Below the pieces are notes generated by a model. The model ran no database searches. It had not been told where the DNA came from and saw only the letters and a list, made by a program, of their open reading frames with translations. Shown in pieces: positions 23,736-37,039 of a stretch of DNA of 64,000 nucleotides. This stretch comes from Camelus ferus (lineage: Eukaryota): assembly GCF_009834535.1 (NCBI RefSeq), contig NC_045696.1, positions 100,194,001-100,258,000 on the forward strand, in the 5' to 3' direction. The first letter of the stretch is position 1, and each line of letters opens with the position of its first letter. A program made the translations under genes and the position numbers.

Positions 23736-26700
23736 AGGTGGGCTGCGTATTTCTGTAGTTCCGTGGGTACCTGTCAGCATAACACTAGCCATTTGTTTTC
23801 TTCCGTGGGTAAGTTTTTGTGTTTTTGATATTGCTTTAATTCTTGGTTTTGAGTAGTAATTTACATTTGTTTTTATGAACATACATACTTTAATAAATCT
23901 ACATTTACTTAGTTACCTTTAAAAGATCTGCCAGAATACATTTTTTTTTCTAGAGGTAATTAACACTGTTATAACTTCTTAGATACAAATGTATGCTACA
24001 GATAATTACTAGTGTGTGAAACTCTGAAAGGTGACAATTAATATTTAAAAATTCAACTCAGTGAGTATTTATTCAGTGAGTGGCTAGTCTGTTCTGAATT
24101 GCCTTATGTGGAGGAAGAATAGAAAAACAAAACATGACAGACAAAAAATGCATTAGGCTTGGTTCCTATTCTACATTGAAAATTCTAAGATTCTTACAGG
24201 GAAAATAATGCATGTGTAAAATTGAACAAGTCAAAGAAGCACTTACGGTGAAGCCTGGCCTTTGGGCAAGAGGATAGACATCTGGACGTCGCTCTGACCC
24301 TTCCGTCACCAACCTTGAGACAGTTCCCTTGCCTCTCCGACATCTCTGTGATTTATGATCTCTCTGCCTCTGCTGTTTGATGGTCTGAATTCTAAACGTC
24401 AGGATGTGTAGCAGAGACAAAGAGCTGCAGGCATCAGAAAAGAGACCTCAAGGAAACTTACTATTAATATATGTGAGGCAAAAGTAAACAAAGATACAAA
24501 GTTATTTTGTATTTTAATATTCCAGTTATTCTATCAGGAGCTAGACTTAGACTTCAATATTGTTTTTTTTCCCCTAATTAACTTTTGATTTAGAGGTAAG
24601 AAGGTAAGGCCAAGAATAACTAGAATTAAATTTACATTTAAAAATATTCCAAGTGTTTTAATGCGAGAGGAAAAAAACAGTCTGGTGTTTATGTGCAGCT
24701 GTTTTCTGTCTTCTGAGAAGAATCATAACTCAGTATATTTAAATATTGTAAGTGGTTTTTAAAAATAACTTTATAGACCTATATTTCAGTCCTGACCATT
24801 TTAGTTCTGTTGGTTAACAAAAGTGATGCTGGTACCTCTTTAGAAGTTAAAGAATTTTTTAATGAAATGTACTATTGAAAAATGGAAGCCCTCCTCCAAA
24901 ATATTCTTGAAACACTTATCAAATCACTTTTTAGAGTCATTAAATATCTTTAAAATATGATTGCATTTAGTAAACTAGAAACATGGTAAATATAAAGAAA
25001 ATCAGCTCCTGGAAGAAAAGTATCTGTGTGCATTGTGTGTGTGTCTGCACAGAGATGACTGTTAAGCCTTGAGAATGGAGTAGAAAGATGGAATGCCTTT
25101 CGATCTGGACTTCTCTTTGATATATACTGCTCAACCATTGTCGCAGTAACGTCTGTTCCACGTGTGTTTGCACCTCTAGGATGGAACATGCGTAGTAAGT
25201 GGTGAAGTCTCATACAGACCCAATCCTTGGACGCGGTAATGGTGTCCAGTGCTTTTTCTCTTTTTCTGGCTATTTTTCCTACTGCTGCAGAGAGATTTTA
25301 TGTAAATTGAAGGAAACAGTTCAAATTAAACAGCTGGATGGGAAAGAGGGTGGCTTGATATTTGAAAACATACCATTGTTACTTTTTCAAATGTAAGATT
25401 ACCAAAAATCACAGAGCCATTTAGTCTGGATGTTGTTTTTGGAGATGAACTGTGATTTATTGAATAAGCGAGGAAGCGTTAGCAGATGTTTCTCCTGTAG
25501 GGTAGGTAAGGTTGAAGAAAAGTCCGTTTTATTAAAATGATTACCCTTTGTGTTACTGTTTAATATAAAGTAGTTGATACATTTATGTCCCTCAAGTGTA
25601 AGCACAGAGTTTTTTCTTAGGGTACATAATCCTATATAGCCAAACCCCCTCCTTCATAGTGAGTCACTGAATGGCTCTATTATATACCAGTAGCAGCAGC
25701 ACTGTGGTGGGTTACAGTTTATGGCTGAGTGGATAGGTAAGATTTTTCAGGCTGAGGTAAAAGATAAACTAAGGCTTGTTTTAAGCCATGCATGTAAACT
25801 TAAGCAATGTCTGCAGTCGACAGTTATATCTCCTTTTCTAAAACTGAATTTAAATTCTTTGCTGATGCAAGGTATGACTTTTTCTTAGTAAGTGTCAGAG
25901 CAGTCCATGTTTGAATAAGGTTAAAGCATATGTGAGTTGTAGAAAATCCTTTTGGAAAGTGAGTCTTATTCAGTGTGAAGAGGTGATGGGAGGCGGAGAT
26001 TAAGTGGAGGAGAGGAAGTGAAATTGTTTGTAAGCATGATAGACAAGTATAAAATGCGTGATTTCAGTGGGTTCAGGCAATTAATTCAGAAATATGTGTA
26101 AGTGCCACTGCCTCAAATGCATTACAAGTTTGCTTATGTAAAATTGGACACACCCTCAGCGGAAATGTGGGTTTGAATATTTTCATATGAGGAATTTACT
26201 TACCTGGATTATGCTAATTGATGGTGTAGCATTTCATATTAACTGGAATAAACTGTACATCCCAGCCATTCCTGCCACACCACGACTCCCAGCCTGCATC
26301 CCCTGTCGTGGGTCCTGGTGGGCCGTGCACCCTGAGACGGTGTGCAGTACTGGATTTGCTTTTCATTTGGTTACAGGGAATTCGCTGGTTGCTGTGGTGA
26401 CCAGCAGAGGTTCGGAAACTTAGGCACTGTGTCTATGATGGCAACCATGGACGTGTTCCATGGTGGAAGAGGGTGCTTCTCATTTCTGGGTGTTTCTGAT
26501 AAATTGAGGTGCAAGTTCATTGTGCTTTGAATTATCTGGAAAGTGGCATTGGTCCCACTTTCATCCTGAATTATTATTAAGAATTTGAGAATGTTGCTAG
26601 TTTGCGCTTTAAACTTTAGGGCAACTGCACAAGTGGTACAGGAGGGAATGCTTGCTTTCTAGATAAAGCCAGAGAGGGTTCTCTGAACGGATGGGGGCAA

Positions 26701-26822
26701 GACACCTTTAAATGCGATTTAAATGTATGTATGAGCTTGCCTGGGTTACTGGAATACGTGATTTATTTTAAGGCCAGATGTTCACAAACTGCTTGTATGC
26801 TAATTATGAAAGATGCCCCAGG

Positions 26823-27070
26823 GGAGACAGTGTAGAATAATGGCTAAGGGGATGGGATTTTGGAATTGGACAACCTAAATTTAAATCCCATCTCTACCAC
26901 TTGTTTGCTGATTGTCCTAGAAACAAGTTACTTAACCTCTCTGAATCATAGTCTCTTTATTTATAATGATTATTGCTCCCTGAGGTTGACTTGAAAACTA
27001 AATGTGATAATGCCAGTAAGAAGCTTAGCACAGTGTCTGCAAACAGAAATTTCTCAGTAAGTGCTGCTAA
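26823..27070 (+). mobile_element. Near full-length MIR
   Basis: acagtgtagaataatggctaag...aaatcccatctctaccactt...caagttacttaacctctctga...gcttagcacagtgtctg...ctcagtaagtg. Confidence 0.85.
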
Positions 27071-27644
27071 CTGAATTTATTATTTTGAACAGTATAATTA
27101 GCATTATTCTAAAGTGAAACATACAATGTATGGAATTAATTCTTGTATTCTGAATGATAAAGTGGAGAGAAAAGTTTAGGCTTCCAGTGAATTCTAGAAA
27201 ATAAGTTTTCACAAGTTAAGATATAAAGACAACCTTTTCCAAGGGAACCCAAAGGAAATAAAGAGATTTAGTGGTGCAGTTTCTTTGATAATGTTCTTGG
27301 ATTACTTACTCAAATTCACAATTTTGAATCACTTTTCTTCCTTCCTCTTATTTATTCTTGATATACAGATATGTTGAGTTTCACCCATTATTTTCTCTGT
27401 CTCTTTTTGGTTTAATCTGTAGTGGAAAGAATATTTTTATATCATTGAATATTGCAAACAGATAAGGCCTGTTTAAAAACAAAATCTTAAGACTGCTGTC
27501 ACACTCAGTAGCAATTCTTTCGTGTCATCAAATACTTATTCAAGTTCCCTTCCGCCCTCTGTTCTCAAAACTGTCTTTTTATTGTTTGTTTTATCAAAAT
27601 CCATCAATTTCTCCTCCTAAACCCCCCTTTAAGTTATCACCACC

Positions 27645-27950
27645 TTAGTGGGGGCGACTGATCTCTGGCAGCTTGAAGGTCAAATTCAGCCTGCATATTG
27701 TTTTTCAGAAAACTTGAACTAAGTCCTATGTTTTTAAAATCAGGACATTTTATTTAAAAGTCTGGAATTTATTTCTCGGGGTTGGCTGGGGTGGGGAGGA
27801 GGCCTGGAGACCTGGATTGATTTGCCGGCCCACATGGCAGCCACGGCAGGCAGATGTGAGGAGAGCTCCCCCTGCAGGTGATACTGGTGCACTCCTGTTC
27901 GCCGTAGCTCCCTGTAGGTTGCATCACTATTTATTGCGTGTTGCAACTCT
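27645..27950. mobile_element. hAT-Charlie remnant (MER102-like)
   Basis: ggtcaaattcagcctgca...tttaaaatcaggacattttatttaaaagtctgga; tentative. Confidence 0.4.
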
Positions 27951-28059
27951 TGGTCTGGGCGCAATCACAGAATGATTATACACACAGTTATAATTGCTTC
28001 TTAAATTGTTAAATTAACTTGCCTCATCTTTCCATACTAATCTTCCTCAAGTCCGGTAG

Positions 28060-28273
28060 CTTTTAGCTGTGTTGGCTTTTTGCCCTTCCCCCTCCCCCCA
28101 TCCCATGCGATGTTTGATAATGTCTGGAAACATTTTTGATTGTCAGGAGTGGTGGGTACTACTTGTACCCTGTGGTTAGAGACCAGGATGCTGCTGACAG
28201 TGCACAGCGTGCCCCCGACCAGAAAGAACTATTTGGCCCCAAACATCAGTAGAGATGAGGTTGAGAAACTTTG
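28060..28273. mobile_element. MER20, opposite orientation to the copy at 16969
   Basis: aatgtctggaaacatttttgattgtca...tagagaccaggatgctgct...cccaaacatcagtagagatgaggttgagaaact. Confidence 0.8.
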
Positions 28274-28599
28274 CCGTAGTCTGACGGCACATGTCTAATT
28301 TCACTGCTCTGTTTAGAAAGTTCCCATGCCTTTCCTGTTTCCCAATGTATTTATCATTATTTCCCAGTTTTCACTCGATATTCAGACTGGACTTCTTATC
28401 CAACCAAGAGACAATGCTTTTTATCTTTTTTTTTAGTCATATCTGTTTTTCCAGTTTCTTCCCACTGTCAAAATCCTACTTATTTTTAATGCCTCCAGTT
28501 TCCCTGTTCATGAAGCTGTTTTTTGGTTTGTTTTTTGTTTTTTCACCTGAAAATATTCAGCTTTATAGCACCATAAAATAGATATTAGAACAGTAGTAA

Positions 28600-29030
28600 C
28601 ACGAAATTTTAACATTCAGGTTTGTAAAAGTTAAAAAGGATGTTGGTATCAGTGCTGGTCAGAATGTGGGGAATGAGCCCTCTAAAACATGATTAATTAT
28701 CAGTACACCATTTCTGGAGGACAGTTTGTCAGCATGAATCCAGGGCATTAAACATCTTTATACTCTGTTCAGTGATTTCATGTCTAGAAATTTCTTTTAA
28801 GGAGATAGAGATGAAAACATTTATAATCAAAAAGTTTATCACAACATTACTTCTAATAACAAACATTTAAAAATTCTAAATCCCTAGTAATTAGAGAGTA
28901 GTTTAATGAATATAAAGTAACATGATGGAATATTTTACAGCCATTTAAAAATTATTTGTAAAAGGATATTGAATGACATGAGAAAATGCTTAGGAAGAGG
29001 AGAAGAAAGAAAGATGTACAATTACCTGCA
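28600..29030 (+). mobile_element. Old L1M (L1MC/L1ME-like) 3' region
   Basis: cagtgctggtcagaatgtggggaa...accatttctggaggacagtttg...atgatggaatattttacagccatttaaaa. Confidence 0.65.
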
Positions 29031-29699
29031 AAAGACATCATACATAAACTGTTCTCTGTTTGGCCTACATAATGCTTTAATAGAGTTGAACTGCCAGGGA
29101 AGCTCTGACTTTCTGCAGATCATGTTGGTCCCCTGTAATGACGGCCTTGTGCTAACGGAACATGGTCAGCAGAAAGGGGCCAGTATTCTGGGTGCCCCAG
29201 TAAGTAGCAGGGTACCAAAGAGCAGGAGAGAAACCTTACAACTATAGTGTGGCCGGCAGCATTGTGAAGCGTGAATGGGTGTTACCGAAGCTGTTTTTGA
29301 TGACAAGTTACCAAAGTATTCTCCAAAAATCATCTTGTTAGAACTGGAAACTTTGTTAAAGATGATGTGTTTGAACACTTCCCCTCACTACTGTTTCTGC
29401 TTCTCCAGTCCAAGAAGCTGCACCCCAGACTTTTGGTCTACATTTTGACCTTCGCTATGTTCAATGCTGTATCCACGGTGCTTCCTAGTCCTTTGTTCTC
29501 CCCTCTGCGCTGGACTCCTGCCATGTAGCTCGCTAATTTATCATTTGTTACTTAGTTAGGGGTTTAGTATGTTATTCTCAGTCTTTTCATGTGAATTAAC
29601 TTCACGTTCTCAGCTGGATTTTAAACTGCAAGATGTCAGAGGCAGAATCTCTTATTGTTGGCACCGAGTCTGAATTGCTGTGCCTCGGAACTGCAAGTG

Positions 29700-30350
29700 T
29701 CTGGAAGTTTCTTTGCCCTATAGAAGGGCAGTCAGATAACCCGTGGGTCACCTCAGCCACAGCTAATGAGGGGACTGGGCACCTGTGTGTGTCAGCGTTC
29801 CCTTCAGGGAAGGAACGCCATGCTAGCTATCTCGAGCAGAATTACGGGTCTGCGCAGTTAATGGAAGGGCTGGAAGGGCAGGCTTTAGGCTGAGCCTCCA
29901 GCATTGACTCCTAGAACAGCAGGCAGGGCTGACCAGACTAGGGGCTTACAACCTCAGTCCTAACTCAGGGGGAGTCAGGACGCCTCCTTTAGAACTATTG
30001 AGACACAAATATGCTGCTATCAATGTAATCCCAGGACCAGGAAGCTGTCTCCCCTGACTTCTGCACCCGAAGCTGGTGACTAGACACAGGGAAGCCGAAT
30101 TCACCCGCTGCTTCTGCTGCATATCTATCTGTGTGTCTCCCCCCTCCCTCCACAGACTGGAGGACTGGAACACGGAGATAGGGGAACCCCACATCTTCCT
30201 GACCGTATTTTCCAATAGAAACGGCCAGAAGTGGTGGGAGGACCATCTGTCTTCCAAATTTCACAGGAATACATCTGAAAGGAGGGGCATGGTTTTCATC
30301 TAGAAGCTTAGCTCCAAAGGAATTGGGGGAAATGTAGCTTTAATATTTAT
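29700..30350. mobile_element. Possible ancient ERVL-type LTR
   Basis: gaagggctggaagggcaggctttaggctgagcctccag...cttagctccaaaggaattgggggaaatgtagcttt resembles LTR33-class elements; tentative. Confidence 0.35.
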
Positions 30351-31454
30351 TTTTTTCCATGACTTTCTTCAGTGATTGTTCTCCTTGGAGCTTGATAAAT
30401 CATTCCATAAACTTTTAGAAACGTATGTCTTTTGGACAGTAGGAATGCAAGTGTGGGCTCAGCATTACATGGAACACATGCTGTATTTATTAACATGGGT
30501 TCTGTTATAAAGTTTGAAGCTTATTGAATACGTTCTCAGATTTTAAGAAGAACAATTACTGAAGGCAGTCATGGAAAAATGAAATAAAACTGTAAAATAG
30601 AGGTGTTTAAGTAATAGGAATTTATCTCCCCTTGCCGCCCAGTTTTAGGGCAGTGGCTCATAACTTATGTGGGAGACAGTGTGGTGCAGCTTATCTCTAA
30701 TTACCATTTTATAGTGTTTGTTTGACATTCAGCTGTTTATCTTTTTTTTCTTATTTTCTAATGCGTTCATCTTATACAACACCCTATTAATTTCAGTAAG
30801 TGCTTAGCTGGCTAAAGTGACTTTTCTGAGATGAAACAACTGGGGCTTACTCAAGGCTTCTGGAATTTGAGAAGGTCAAGAGATAATGGAAAAATGCGGT
30901 CTCATTTAGGAAGGAAGGATTTTATTTGACTCCACTTCTTAAGTATTTATGAAAGCAAAAGTACCGGAAAAAAAACCTCTCAAAACTTTTGTGGATCACC
31001 ATAACTACACTTCATATTTATACATTTATTTTTAGTGATTTTTATTTGGAAGTTTGTTTTTCATGTAATACTTTTTCTTACTTTTGTAGTTTCTTTGCTC
31101 ATAGCAGAAACTATAAATAAACTTGTGGCTGAAACTTGTGCTGAGCAAATCTACAGAAGATTATTTTGCATTAGAATTAGAATGTTGATTTTCCCCCAAA
31201 TTTGTTAGAGTTAGGACATGCAAATATATTTCAATTTTACTTGAGTTTTCCAGGTTCTTCCCATCTAAACGTGGCATTTATTTATTTTTAAAGTACATTT
31301 GCTTTGCTTGTTGTTTGTGACATTTCCAAGTGATGAGTATATACAGTTCAGTGTTAAAATGAACAAACAAACAACATTGGATTGGAAATGGATGGGTTTG
31401 TTTAATTACCTATATAGGTTAATATGCTGCCATGGGAATTTTAGCTGTTTGGTT

Positions 31455-31480
31455 GTGTGTGTGTGTGTGTGTGTGTGTGT
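31455..31480. repeat. (GT)13 microsatellite
   Basis: Read directly from the sequence. Confidence 0.95.
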
Positions 31481-32629
31481 TTAAAATGATACATCTCAAA
31501 AATTTTTGCTTTTATTTTGATGAAGATAAAAATAAATCTATGGTGAATCTGGATTTATTTTGCTGGCATGTGCCTAATGCAATAACATATGCTCAGTATT
31601 CAGTCCGTTTAGCCTTCTCTAATAATTTTTTAAATCTATAAATCATTCTGCAAGCTCTGGTAAGAAATGACAGATTTCTTGTAAGAAATGGTGAAGCACA
31701 AGTAGGAATCAGTAATAACTAGGATATAACAGACTTCAAGAAAATGGTCTAACTTCATTTAAAAATTGTATTTTTTGATTACAGTGAAAATAAATGTTTA
31801 TAACAGAAAATGAAGACATTTAAGAATAAATTAAATTTGTCATGGTCCCACTGCCATTAGTAAACAACATAAGATATTGTGGTAGTAATTTTTTCCTTTC
31901 TTCTGTTCATGTATCTCCATATGTTTTCTTTATAAAATCAGGATACATACACATATCGACAAGCATAAGGAAATAATTTGCATTCTACCTTATTCACAAA
32001 ACACTGTGTTGGAAGTATTTTCCTGCAGCTTCGAGTACTCTTCAAGTCATGATTTTAAAGTAATATTTTGATGTCGGTCATGGGATTATACCATAATTTT
32101 TATAGCCACTATAACAATATCTAATATGTGATATCCAGTGTAGAACACTATTGGATATAATCGTTTGCATTTTTGTGCTAACAGAAATAGTACTCTCAGG
32201 ATGGTTTTGAAAATGATTTTGGTTTCTCTTTGTACAGGATAGGTCCAAGAAACAAAATACTGAAACCAAAGGACGTGAACAACTCTTCTATCTCTTGTTT
32301 CGTAGTCTCGAGTTGCTTTCCGGAAGGTTGTATGGATTGTTCTCTGCCCTAACTGGGTACCACAGGGTCTGCAGCATGGAATTCCCAGCAGCATTACTTT
32401 GTAAAGAGTCTCTTCTCGTTTTTAGGGGGAAATAAGGTTTGCTTCTCTTTATCCTCCTTTTTTATTTCTTAAATTTATGGTGATTTATTTCTCTACTTGC
32501 CAATGTAAAAGCCTTCTTTTTTTTTAGTCACTGCTGTTTCCTCTGTGAGTTGCATCTTCCGATCGGTGGTAGAGGTACCCAGCAGGTGTGAGCACTAGGG
32601 AGAAAAGTAAAACGAGGCAGGAGGCAAGA

Positions 32630-33260
32630 ATGCTGAGACTGGAAATGCCATTTTGGATTCCACTTTCAGGGAAGGCTTTTCCTTCTGGTTACTTTTGGGC
32701 TCAGACCTAAAAAGGGGGGGTCGTAGCTGGGGGAAGAGCAAGCTTTACAGGCAGCAATGATGACAAGGGCAAATGCCCTGAGGGTAGAATGTGCTTGATG
32801 TGTCCTCGGAGCAGTAAGTTTTCCCTGTGCCTGCAGTGGGGCAGGGAGGGGCTGGCATGCCAAGAGATCAGAATGACAGTCAGGACCAGATCACTTAGGG
32901 ACTTGGAGACTCTGCTAAGGAGTTTGGACTTTATTGAGAACAAGGAGGAAACCAATGGAATATTTTGAGGTAAAAAGGGCCAAGATCTGTGTGAATTAGA
33001 GTAAGTTACCTCCTGTGAATGGAGTAGGGCTGGGTTTCAGCCCTATTCTCCCTGGGGCCTCTCTGCTGGGTGGCTGCACAGTGTAGCCTCCAGGGTCCAG
33101 AGTTGTAGACGGGTCCTCCTGGTGGCAGGGCAGAGAAGACTGACGTGGGCCGGGTAAATGCGGGGAGATGCCTTAGGAGGCCACTTCAGGATCCAGGGAG
33201 GAGGTGATGGTGCCCAGTCACAGAGAAGGTGGGTGAGCAAGGCTGGATTCCGTCCTGGCA
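32630..33260 (-). mobile_element. LINE-2 fragment
   Basis: caaatgccctgagggtagaatgtgcttgatgtgt...ctaaggagtttggacttt...gccttaggaggccacttcaggatccagggaggaggtgatgg. Confidence 0.7.
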
Positions 33261-34870
33261 GACAGCTCAGTGGGGAGTGAGAGGAGCAGAGGAGTTCCCG
33301 TTTTGCGTGTTAAAAGTTGACATTTGCCAGAGCCCACATCAGTTAGGAGTGGCTACTTGCCGTTCTTGATATTCTCCCTCTGGCTCACATGGATTAAAAC
33401 GTCCTTGTGAAGGATTTTGCTGACTACTTTATAGTTATCTTCATAATCACAATTATTAAAGGTCATAGTCTTTTTGATGCCTATAATGTCGTTATCGAAG
33501 TGTTTATTCAGTAGGGTGTGAGTGCTGAAAAACAGGCCCCCACAGCAGGCATTTTGCAAGGGAAGTCGGAGTGTTAAAAGTCCAGGAAGAAGGCCAGAGC
33601 AGCTGCTGTGATTCACGGAGCTGTGAGCTTGGAAGAGAGCGCTCTGCAACATGGTAGTTAAAGGGCTGAAAAATTAGGGAACAGCTTGAGTCAGATTTTT
33701 AAGTTTATGGAAATTGTTGTATAACCAAAGCAAGTGAGTTGGGAACCAGTGGGGTCAGGGGAATCCAGCTTCATGACCCTTCATGATCAGCACTGCTGTG
33801 GTGCATCCCTGAGTCGGCGGTGGTTTGCACCAAGGCATGAAGTGCCTTGATTTGACAGGAGATTGGAATGTGCTGACCATGCCCCTCTCTTAAAATTTGA
33901 TGCAGTCTATTAATCAAAAAGCCTTATTATGAGTTTAGCTTTTATTGTTATCTGTGATGCTTAAATTATGCTTAACGACAAACATGGGATATTTATGTGC
34001 CTGGAAAATACTCCCCTCTCCCCTGGCTTTCCATTTAGTTCAGTGGGAAAATTAACCTTGTGATAGGAGAGGTCTGGGTTTTGTAGGATATTCACTGACC
34101 ACCCTTTGCATAAAAATGCAGCCACCCTGTCGCTGGAGAAAGGTCCCTAGTGATTGTGATCTCTGCCAGTCTTAAGTTTTCAGAAGCAGTTGGAAGAAGG
34201 AAAACTGGAAAAGGAGACTGAAAACGAATAGGCAGAGAGAGGAAAAAATTAGTAGAGGGAAACATCAAGAGGGTTAGTTTGGTGCAGCTGGACAGTGAAA
34301 TTTGGCACTAACACTTCTTGCTAATTGAGTCAAACCAGGAAACTTGTTGGATTATGTAATTGTCTACTTATTGGAAAAAACTTTGCACTGGTTTAGGTGA
34401 CAAAAATCTCTTTAGGAAAAAAAATGTTTTCTTTTAATGAAGAACGTTAAGTAACAGCAGTAGCTTCAGTCATGGTTATTTTGAGTTACTTTCAAAGGGA
34501 TAAATGTTTTCTTTCTCTTTTTGAAAAGGAAGGAAGGAATTGTGTTAAATTGTAACTTAGTTAAGTGGTTTTCTGACATGAACGTTTGGTCAGTGATATA
34601 GTAAGGAGCATTGTTACCAATCCTCTGACTCTAGGGGAGGAAGTGAGAAAACCGAGAACATAGGACGTCGATGTTGTTGGATAATGTTGAATTCCACCCC
34701 TTATATGAACAACACATTTCTTCACCTGAACTCATCTTTCCATGAGGTCTTGGTTTTAATTGGGTCCAAAATGACATCTTCTAGAAGACAGAGAGTATGG
34801 AGAGGCCTAGAGGGTTCCCTTCTTGTCAAATACTGCTTGTTTTGTTTCGGCAGGAGAATTTGTAGGTAGG

Positions 34871-34872
<2 letters not shown>

Positions 34873-34908
<36 letters not shown>
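34873..34908. repeat. (GT)18 microsatellite
   Basis: Read directly from the sequence. Confidence 0.95.
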
Positions 34909-34913
<5 letters not shown>

Positions 34914-37039
34914 CCAGAAGGAGCTGTGAATTTTTTTCCATGCTATTCTAATAGTTATCAAAGCAACACGATTTTTCAGCAAATACCACGGAAGCCTGAG
35001 ATAGTTTTCACTACTTCAGCCTGAGAATGTTTTAGGTCAGCCTGATTCTTTCAAGAAAAAGTAGAAGAACTTTCCTAATGTTAGATCTTATTTTGCAAAC
35101 TGTATCTGGGGAGTATATACAGCTGAAGTAAGCTACAAGATGAATCTGTAAAGACTCCATGTGGTAGTGGTCATTTTATTATTGGTGAACATGTGTAAAA
35201 TACAGCAATTTTAGTTTTAATGTAGTTAACTTCGTACTTTTCTCTTTGGCCATAATTAATCTAGACTACCAGCTGTTTCTTTATATTACTTATGATTAAA
35301 GATAGGGAAACCATTTACTGACTTTATTTAATACACGGTAGGAACAAGTAAGTTTTCTACCTCTGCGTATGTAATATATTATAAAAATTACGAGGTGACA
35401 GTAACTGCAGAGATGTGCTGTGTTATTGGTAGAAGTGTGGTGTACTGACACTCAGACATCAAAATGCAGACCAAGAAATTAAAGATCAGAAACAGCATGT
35501 GAGAAACATTCTGTCTGGGGCCAGTCATCATGGAGACAAATAGCTGTGTAGGATGAGATGCGTTTTAGGGAATTACTGTGTCACTGGAAGGTACGGTGAG
35601 CAATGATCATGAAGCATCAAGAAGAGGTTATATTTGTTCGGTAGTGTTTGCTTAGTTATAGTATTTTATAGAATGATTCCTATAAAGAAGTGTTTAGAGA
35701 AAGGCCAAAGACACCACAGCTTAACTTACTGGAATGCTCAGTGGCTGAGAATGCTACCAGAGAGTAATTTGTGAATTTGAGAAATCTTCTCTAATCTTGC
35801 TTTAAACCATATGGTAATTTCTGGAAAACTACACCCAAGTAATGTCATTTGATTGAGATTCTTTGAGGTGTACATATGTATTTAAGAATATACCAGTTTA
35901 TGACATTACTGTGACTTTTCTTCTACTTTGAGAAATTTTGGAATTAAGAGGGAGGGAGGTGTGTTGGATGCTAAGAAATACTGAATGCTTATCCGTGTTT
36001 CTAGGTCCCGGCGAAATGGAAGCAGTTCTCTGATGAGTAACACCAGAAACCCTCTAGGGAATGTCTTCTTTGATTCTGGAGTGTAGAGACTTCTTGAGAG
36101 TTTGAGACGTCCGCCCAGCAGCTGGCCCCACATGACAGTGGCCAAGCTTCCCAACTAGTGGGCCTTGGTTTCTGCCACACCCGGCCCCTGAATGAGCTGC
36201 TGACTCTCAGATACACCCTGACCCACCATATAGGAGCATCTCCGTGTGGCTTTATACTGCTGAGATTAGACTGCATTCAATAGGGAGCTGTTTTATAAAC
36301 ATCTGCTTTAAGTATGTATCTATTTTATGACTACTTCAAGCCTTGCTATGATTTTGTTCTTCTTTTTGAAGAACCAGTGGGTGAGCTGTTCATTTCTAGC
36401 GCGTAGCAGCTCAGTAGTCATTGAATATGATTGTTCAGGAGACAGGGGAGGTAGGAGGGATGGAGGGCGGGAGGGGTCAGCGTTTTCACAGTGACCTTCC
36501 TCTAACACTGCTCTTTGCCAGCAGCTGACTTTTCTTTTCCCTAGTTGCCTTTCTTCGTACATGTTCTAATCCTTGTAACACATTTCTTACTAATGACTTA
36601 AAGCGATGGCATTTGTACAGGAATGTGCAAGGGTAGCTTGTTTATTCTACAAATAGATTTTTTTTAAAAAACAGAAAAAACCCCTGCATGTTGATTTCTG
36701 CCTAAAACCAGTGAAAATCTAAGTAAAATGTTATGAAGTACAGAAAAGCTTTACATTTTAGGATGAGCTCAGCTATTATCCTGTTCTATGTATTCAAATA
36801 AAACACTTGGTCCACATGTAGGTTGTCTGAGAGTTGGTGTCCATAACGCCTCTGGCAGCAAACAAGTATCAACACAGAGAAGTTATAGGAACTGTATCCT
36901 CTTCAGGACCCGGAATGTGGCATTCACATGTTTTACCATCTTGGAGGTCACAGCAGTTGCTTTTGATTTAAACATTTCCTTACCATTTTATGCATGCGGC
37001 AGACGAATTTTTAAGGTGAATCTTCTGAAATAATCTGGA

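Noticed and set aside
25741..25762. 6-nt microexon tttttcag|GCTGAG|gtaaaa that would introduce TGA
   Set aside because: Very short pyrimidine tract, competing AGs just upstream and a weak donor.
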